This document shows, piece after piece, positions 60,511-64,000 of a stretch of DNA of 64,000 nt. Numbering within the stretch: position 1 is the stretch's first letter; each line of letters begins with the position of its first letter. The notes under the pieces were generated by a model. That model was not told the DNA's origin, searched no databases, and saw only the letters and a list, made by a program, of their open reading frames with translations. The translations under genes were made by a program, and so were the position numbers. The stretch comes from a plasmid, in the sequence record NZ_CP110904.1; one strand, written 5' to 3'.

Positions 60511-61584
60511 ATGCGAAAGAGCTATACCTATGGGATTCCTTTCGGACTCCATCGCGAAACTGGACGGTATCTGGACATCACGGAAGTAAGCAGAGGGAGT
60601 GCATGCAACTGTATCTGCCCCGGGTGTCGTACGGATTTGATCGCCAGGCAGGGTGAGGTCAAACTCTGGCACTATAGCCACACCACGGACCTCTTCGGTG
60701 ATTGTGACGGCTTGATGGAGGCGATTCGGGGAAAAATTATTGAAGTTGTCCGGGAAAGACATCTTCTCGGTTTCCCGCATCTTCTGGCCGGTTATGAAGG
60801 CGGGAAGGTGCCACTTGATGAGGTAAGCGGCAGCGGAAGCATGTTCGGCGCCACGGCAGATCTGTTTGTGAAGGTTAACGACCTCTGTGTCGCCGTGTTT
60901 CTTGATACCGATCGCAGCGTGGCCGGGAAGCTGACGTTCGACCATCTCCATCCCTCGGAAATGGTAGCAGCATTACGTATCGATCTGCCGGATATAGAAT
61001 ACGAAATCAGTCAGGTACAACTTGGCAGGCGAGATGGAACCTACAGCGAACGTATCGAGAAAATTATCATTGATGAGACGGAGTCACGAGAGTGGTTGTA
61101 TCATCCCATGATGCAGGAACTGGGGACTGAACCCCTGAAGGTTTATCAGGGCCGTGAGCCTGCGGAAGCAGGACCACTTCTCCAGCGTCTTTCCGACTGC
61201 TACATGAAGCTGCCGGACATCTTACCCCAGAGCATGAATACGCTGATAAGAATGCAGCAGGACACCATCGTTTGTTTGTGTCGGCTCACCGTCAGAGCAT
61301 CCAATATAGCCCAGACTGATGAATTTCCGCTGTTTATACGTTACTTCCGTCTGCATTGTCTCGACACCAGTGAGCATGTGAATTACGAGAAATTGCTGAA
61401 CTGGCAGGACATGATCACAAAATCACAGGAAGGGCAGTCGCTAACGATGGAGGAACGGGATTATCTCCAGGAAATCGCCCGTATTGGCCTCTACAACCAC
61501 CGACTTAAAAGTGTCTGCCTGACGGCCTGCGAAGACAGTAAGGTGGCAACAACTGAAGGACCAACAAATTTCTCATTGCTCTGA
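60511..61584 (+). CDS. CoiA-like competence-family protein (putative)
   Basis: N-terminal CPGCRTDLIARQGEVKLWHYSH resembles the CoiA Zn-finger plus HF/YxH motif. Listed ORF starts at 60484. Confidence 0.35.
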   Translation: MRKSYTYGIPFGLHRETGRYLDITEVSRGSACNCICPGCRTDLIARQGEVKLWHYSHTTDLFGDCDGLMEAIRGKIIEVVRERHLLGFPHLLAGYEGGKVPLDEVSGSGSMFGATADLFVKVNDLCVAVFLDTDRSVAGKLTFDHLHPSEMVAALRIDLPDIEYEISQVQLGRRDGTYSERIEKIIIDETESREWLYHPMMQELGTEPLKVYQGREPAEAGPLLQRLSDCYMKLPDILPQSMNTLIRMQQDTIVCLCRLTVRASNIAQTDEFPLFIRYFRLHCLDTSEHVNYEKLLNWQDMITKSQEGQSLTMEERDYLQEIARIGLYNHRLKSVCLTACEDSKVATTEGPTNFSLL

Positions 61585-61727
61585 AGGGGGCTGGGGAGTT
61601 ACGGGCCTGGCGGGCATGGAAACGTAAACAAAATCTACTTGCTCGCCTTAAGCAGTAATGGGTTGTTCATTTCTTACATGGTCTCAGAGTACCTATCATG
61701 ATCAGTCCGGTAATATAAACTGGCACA

Positions 61728-61776
61728 GCCATCATAACAGCCCAACGCTAATGGACATACATTAGCGTTGGGCTGT
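61728..61776. repeat. Perfect 21-bp inverted repeat with 7-nt loop (CATAACAGCCCAACGCTAATG ggacatac CATTAGCGTTGGGCTGTTATG)
   Basis: Direct reading. Located where GC content rises. Confidence 0.9.
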
Positions 61777-62109
61777 TATGGCCGAAAGACTGGATCAGGA
61801 GTTCCGGATTTTTGCGCGGTAGGTGTGTTTGATCCTTTCAATCGTGGCAAGAGATGCATTCCAGTAGCGTTCAGCGTCGGGGCGATATTGGTCATCGAAG
61901 ATGCAAAGATTCAATAATAGTGTAATTAGCGTCTCCTGGCGGCAAAGTCAGTCGCCGGAACTGGTAAACTGTATTCCACCTCACCCGGGCTGGCGGGCGA
62001 CTGACGTCTTGCCGGTTCATAGCCGGTGGTCGCGTCTGACAATGCGGTGTCCTGCCGGTAGTGACGCTGGCAGGGAGGTTTGCCAAATATACCCTACAGG
62101 GACTTCAGG

Positions 62110-62503
62110 AATGAATACGTTCGAACAGTTTAAAGCACAGGTCACCCAACATGCCTGTGGACTCGGTCCGGAACAACTGGCCGGGTACTGGGGGCGGTCC
62201 ACCAGCGGCGAATGTGTTTCGCCATCGTATGAAGTGTTCAGGGGTTATCCGACCCGCCATCCGCTGGCGGAGTTTGTGGAGATGGCTGCATCCCGCAACG
62301 GCATCAGGCCGGATGACTACCTGGGTGATTTACTCCGGGGGCCGCATGAGGTTGTCGGCTCCCTGACGGATGACAGCACGTCACCCGCCGCCAGCCTGCC
62401 TGTCTATTTCTTCCCGGGTGCCGGGATTTACGCTGCGGCGGTCAGTGATACCGAGGTGCTCGATGTCTGGATGAGCTGGCCTTGCTACCCGGAAAACTGG
62501 TGA
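62110..62503 (+). CDS. Hypothetical protein in GC-rich segment
   Basis: High-GC ORF. The N-terminal extension to 61901 in the ORF track looks spurious. Confidence 0.3.
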
Positions 62504-62912
62504 ACATCCGAAACCGGGTTAACCGGCCGGGGATGATTTCCACGACAGCTGGTGCGGACGTGATAACACAATTGCATGTCCTCATCCCTAATGCCCCCTG
62601 CCAGACCCGTCCGTGCGGTCAGGCTTCGCCTGATTCCCGATCGGCGCGTATACATCAGGCTATAACTCTTTGTTTTCTTTTTATTTTCTTCCTGTTTACT
62701 CGAAATTCGCGGGCGGCCTTGCCAGGGCACAATTGTCAAATACGTGATACTGATGGCTGCACATTGTTAATGTCGGGCACGATGTTTTGTAGTTAACAAG
62801 CACTAGTTGGATGAGGACATGCAACTTCATGATGTATCTTACGCTGTTGACTCATGGCAGTCGCCAGTTCAGTTACACCATAAACGTTAGCTTTTAATAA
62901 GAGAGGGTTACT

Positions 62913-63143
62913 ATGTTTAGAACTGAGCAAAAGTCAGAGCATTTAGGCCAGGTCATGATGATTGATCCGGAGCTGGTTGGGCAGGGCATAGAGGTTGGAC
63001 AGGTCGTTGTGTTTGATCTGGGGCACGCCAGCAAAGGCGTTGTGCATTTGATGCGCGAAAGCAAAAAGCGTGATTGTTTTTCCCCTACAACAGAGCGCAA
63101 ACAGACTTTCAATATGACCGATCAAACTACCAAGGGAGGTTGA
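62913..63143 (+). CDS. Hypothetical small protein
   Basis: RBS GAGAGGG before the ATG. Confidence 0.3.
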   Translation: MFRTEQKSEHLGQVMMIDPELVGQGIEVGQVVVFDLGHASKGVVHLMRESKKRDCFSPTTERKQTFNMTDQTTKGG

Positions 63144-63295
63144 TACGGGTAAGACGACTGTGGGGCACATCTCACACTGATGATGAGGTCATGCAACCTA
63201 TTAGTCACCGACTTGGCTGATGTTATGATGTACATCGCTTTCATCTCTTTAGACCGGTCTGAAGTAGAGTCTCAATAATCCGTGAGGAATTCGTT

Positions 63296-64000
63296 ATGAG
63301 CCGTGAAGTACCTGCTGGTAGGTTTTTTTGTATGGATGAGTTCCACAATCATCATATGAACGATGATGTCATTCGCGAAAGGCTCCGCTCAATAGACGGT
63401 ATCCCCGGTGTGAGCTATCAGGTATATGGCGATAATGTTTTCGTGTTCGAGAAACTTGTCCAACTGGTGAAACAGAATGGCCATAACCTGGCAACAGCCT
63501 TAGACCTCGTTCCGCAGGCAACAATGACCGCCTCAGAGGCTATTGAGGAGTGGTCGGTCTTCCCGGCGCCATATTCTCGTGAGATCAATAATACCGACCA
63601 TAGTCAGGCGATCTACCACCCTTATTTCAATGCGTATTTGCCCCGGAAATATCCTGACCGTGACGCCTGTAATGCGGATGCGACCAGATTGCTTCTCGGT
63701 AATCCTGTCGAGGGTGAGGGGGATTTTGTCTACCGGGGGCAGTCCATGATCCTTCGCCAGCCCTTTACACTCGACCGTCTTCCCCCACGGCCTGAATGGG
63801 ATGTGCCGGTGTATGAAAATCCCGGTGCCTACACGCATCTCTGGAACACGGATTTTGTCAGTGGCTTCGCGCCGGTTTCCGAATCTTTGTTTAACGAGGT
63901 TAAATCAGCGGAGTGGGAATGGAACCACGCTATCGCCGCGACATGCGCGTACATGGGAAATCCGGAGTGTTTCGCCTCGTTGTGGCCCCGGGCGGGAGAG
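63296..64000 (+). CDS. Hypothetical protein, truncated at window end (235+ aa)
   Basis: Open frame from the ATG at 63296 with no stop before position 64000. RBS GAGGAA. Absent from the supplied ORF track because it has no stop codon. Confidence 0.5.
   Translation, partial: MSREVPAGRFFCMDEFHNHHMNDDVIRERLRSIDGIPGVSYQVYGDNVFVFEKLVQLVKQNGHNLATALDLVPQATMTASEAIEEWSVFPAPYSREINNTDHSQAIYHPYFNAYLPRKYPDRDACNADATRLLLGNPVEGEGDFVYRGQSMILRQPFTLDRLPPRPEWDVPVYENPGAYTHLWNTDFVSGFAPVSESLFNEVKSAEWEWNHAIAATCAYMGNPECFASLWPRAGE

Noticed and set aside
61901-62109. N-terminal 70 codons of the 200-aa ORF at 61901-62503
   Set aside because: No RBS, and W/R-rich composition typical of out-of-frame translation of GC-rich DNA. 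The internal ATG at 62110, preceded by CAGGGA, is more plausible.

Overview
This window reads as a large conjugative-plasmid backbone, most consistent with an IncHI-type plasmid (gene order resembles the R27 Tra2 region; inferred from memory, not searched).

From 5' to 3':
(1) A RepFIB/P1-family repA (1-876), followed by a 9-bp microsatellite and a 17-copy iteron array (1400-2128).
(2) An F-like (MPF-F) type IV secretion block on the + strand: propilin, TraL/E/K-like genes, a VirB10-like gene, a DsbC-like gene, a TraV-like lipoprotein and a VirB4/TraC ATPase (2.4-12.0 kb).
(3) A 1.4-kb non-coding gap containing one Ter-like site, then 11 tandem ~58-bp repeats carrying P1 parS-like A/B boxes.
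(4) Two partition systems: type Ia parA-parB (14.3-16.6 kb) and type II parM-parR (19.8-21.6 kb). They are separated by a minus-strand operon of exported proteins plus a metallophosphatase-like gene.
(5) Three small genes, a 1435-aa Ig-like surface protein (RSP-like), an S26 peptidase (TrhP/TraF-like), a TraW/TrbC fusion, TraU and a Cys-rich TraN (22-34.7 kb).
(6) A + strand module (35.6-52.4 kb) with a UvrD-like helicase, an SSB-like OB-fold protein, a CobS-like AAA+ / CobT-like vWA pair, a Zn-ribbon+Toprim primase-like protein and a run of hypothetical genes including a tandem paralog pair. Almost every gene start in this module is preceded by a member of a family of short CCC-N(3-5)-GGG nested dyad elements.
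(7) A double terminator and a rise in GC content, then a 9-gene translationally coupled operon (52.76-57.77 kb) that includes a clear Tus (Ter-binding protein) homolog. It is convergent with a tyrosine recombinase.
(8) An Hha-like gene, a secreted protein, a CoiA-like protein, a 21-bp perfect inverted repeat, and a GC-rich tail with an unlisted open frame running off the window end.

The most unusual signal is an 11-bp palindrome, AAAGTWACTTT, present 15 times across the window in both genes and intergenic DNA. Chance expectation is well under one. It is related to the palindromic spacers of the iteron array. No rRNA, tRNA, IS element or CRISPR array was recognised.
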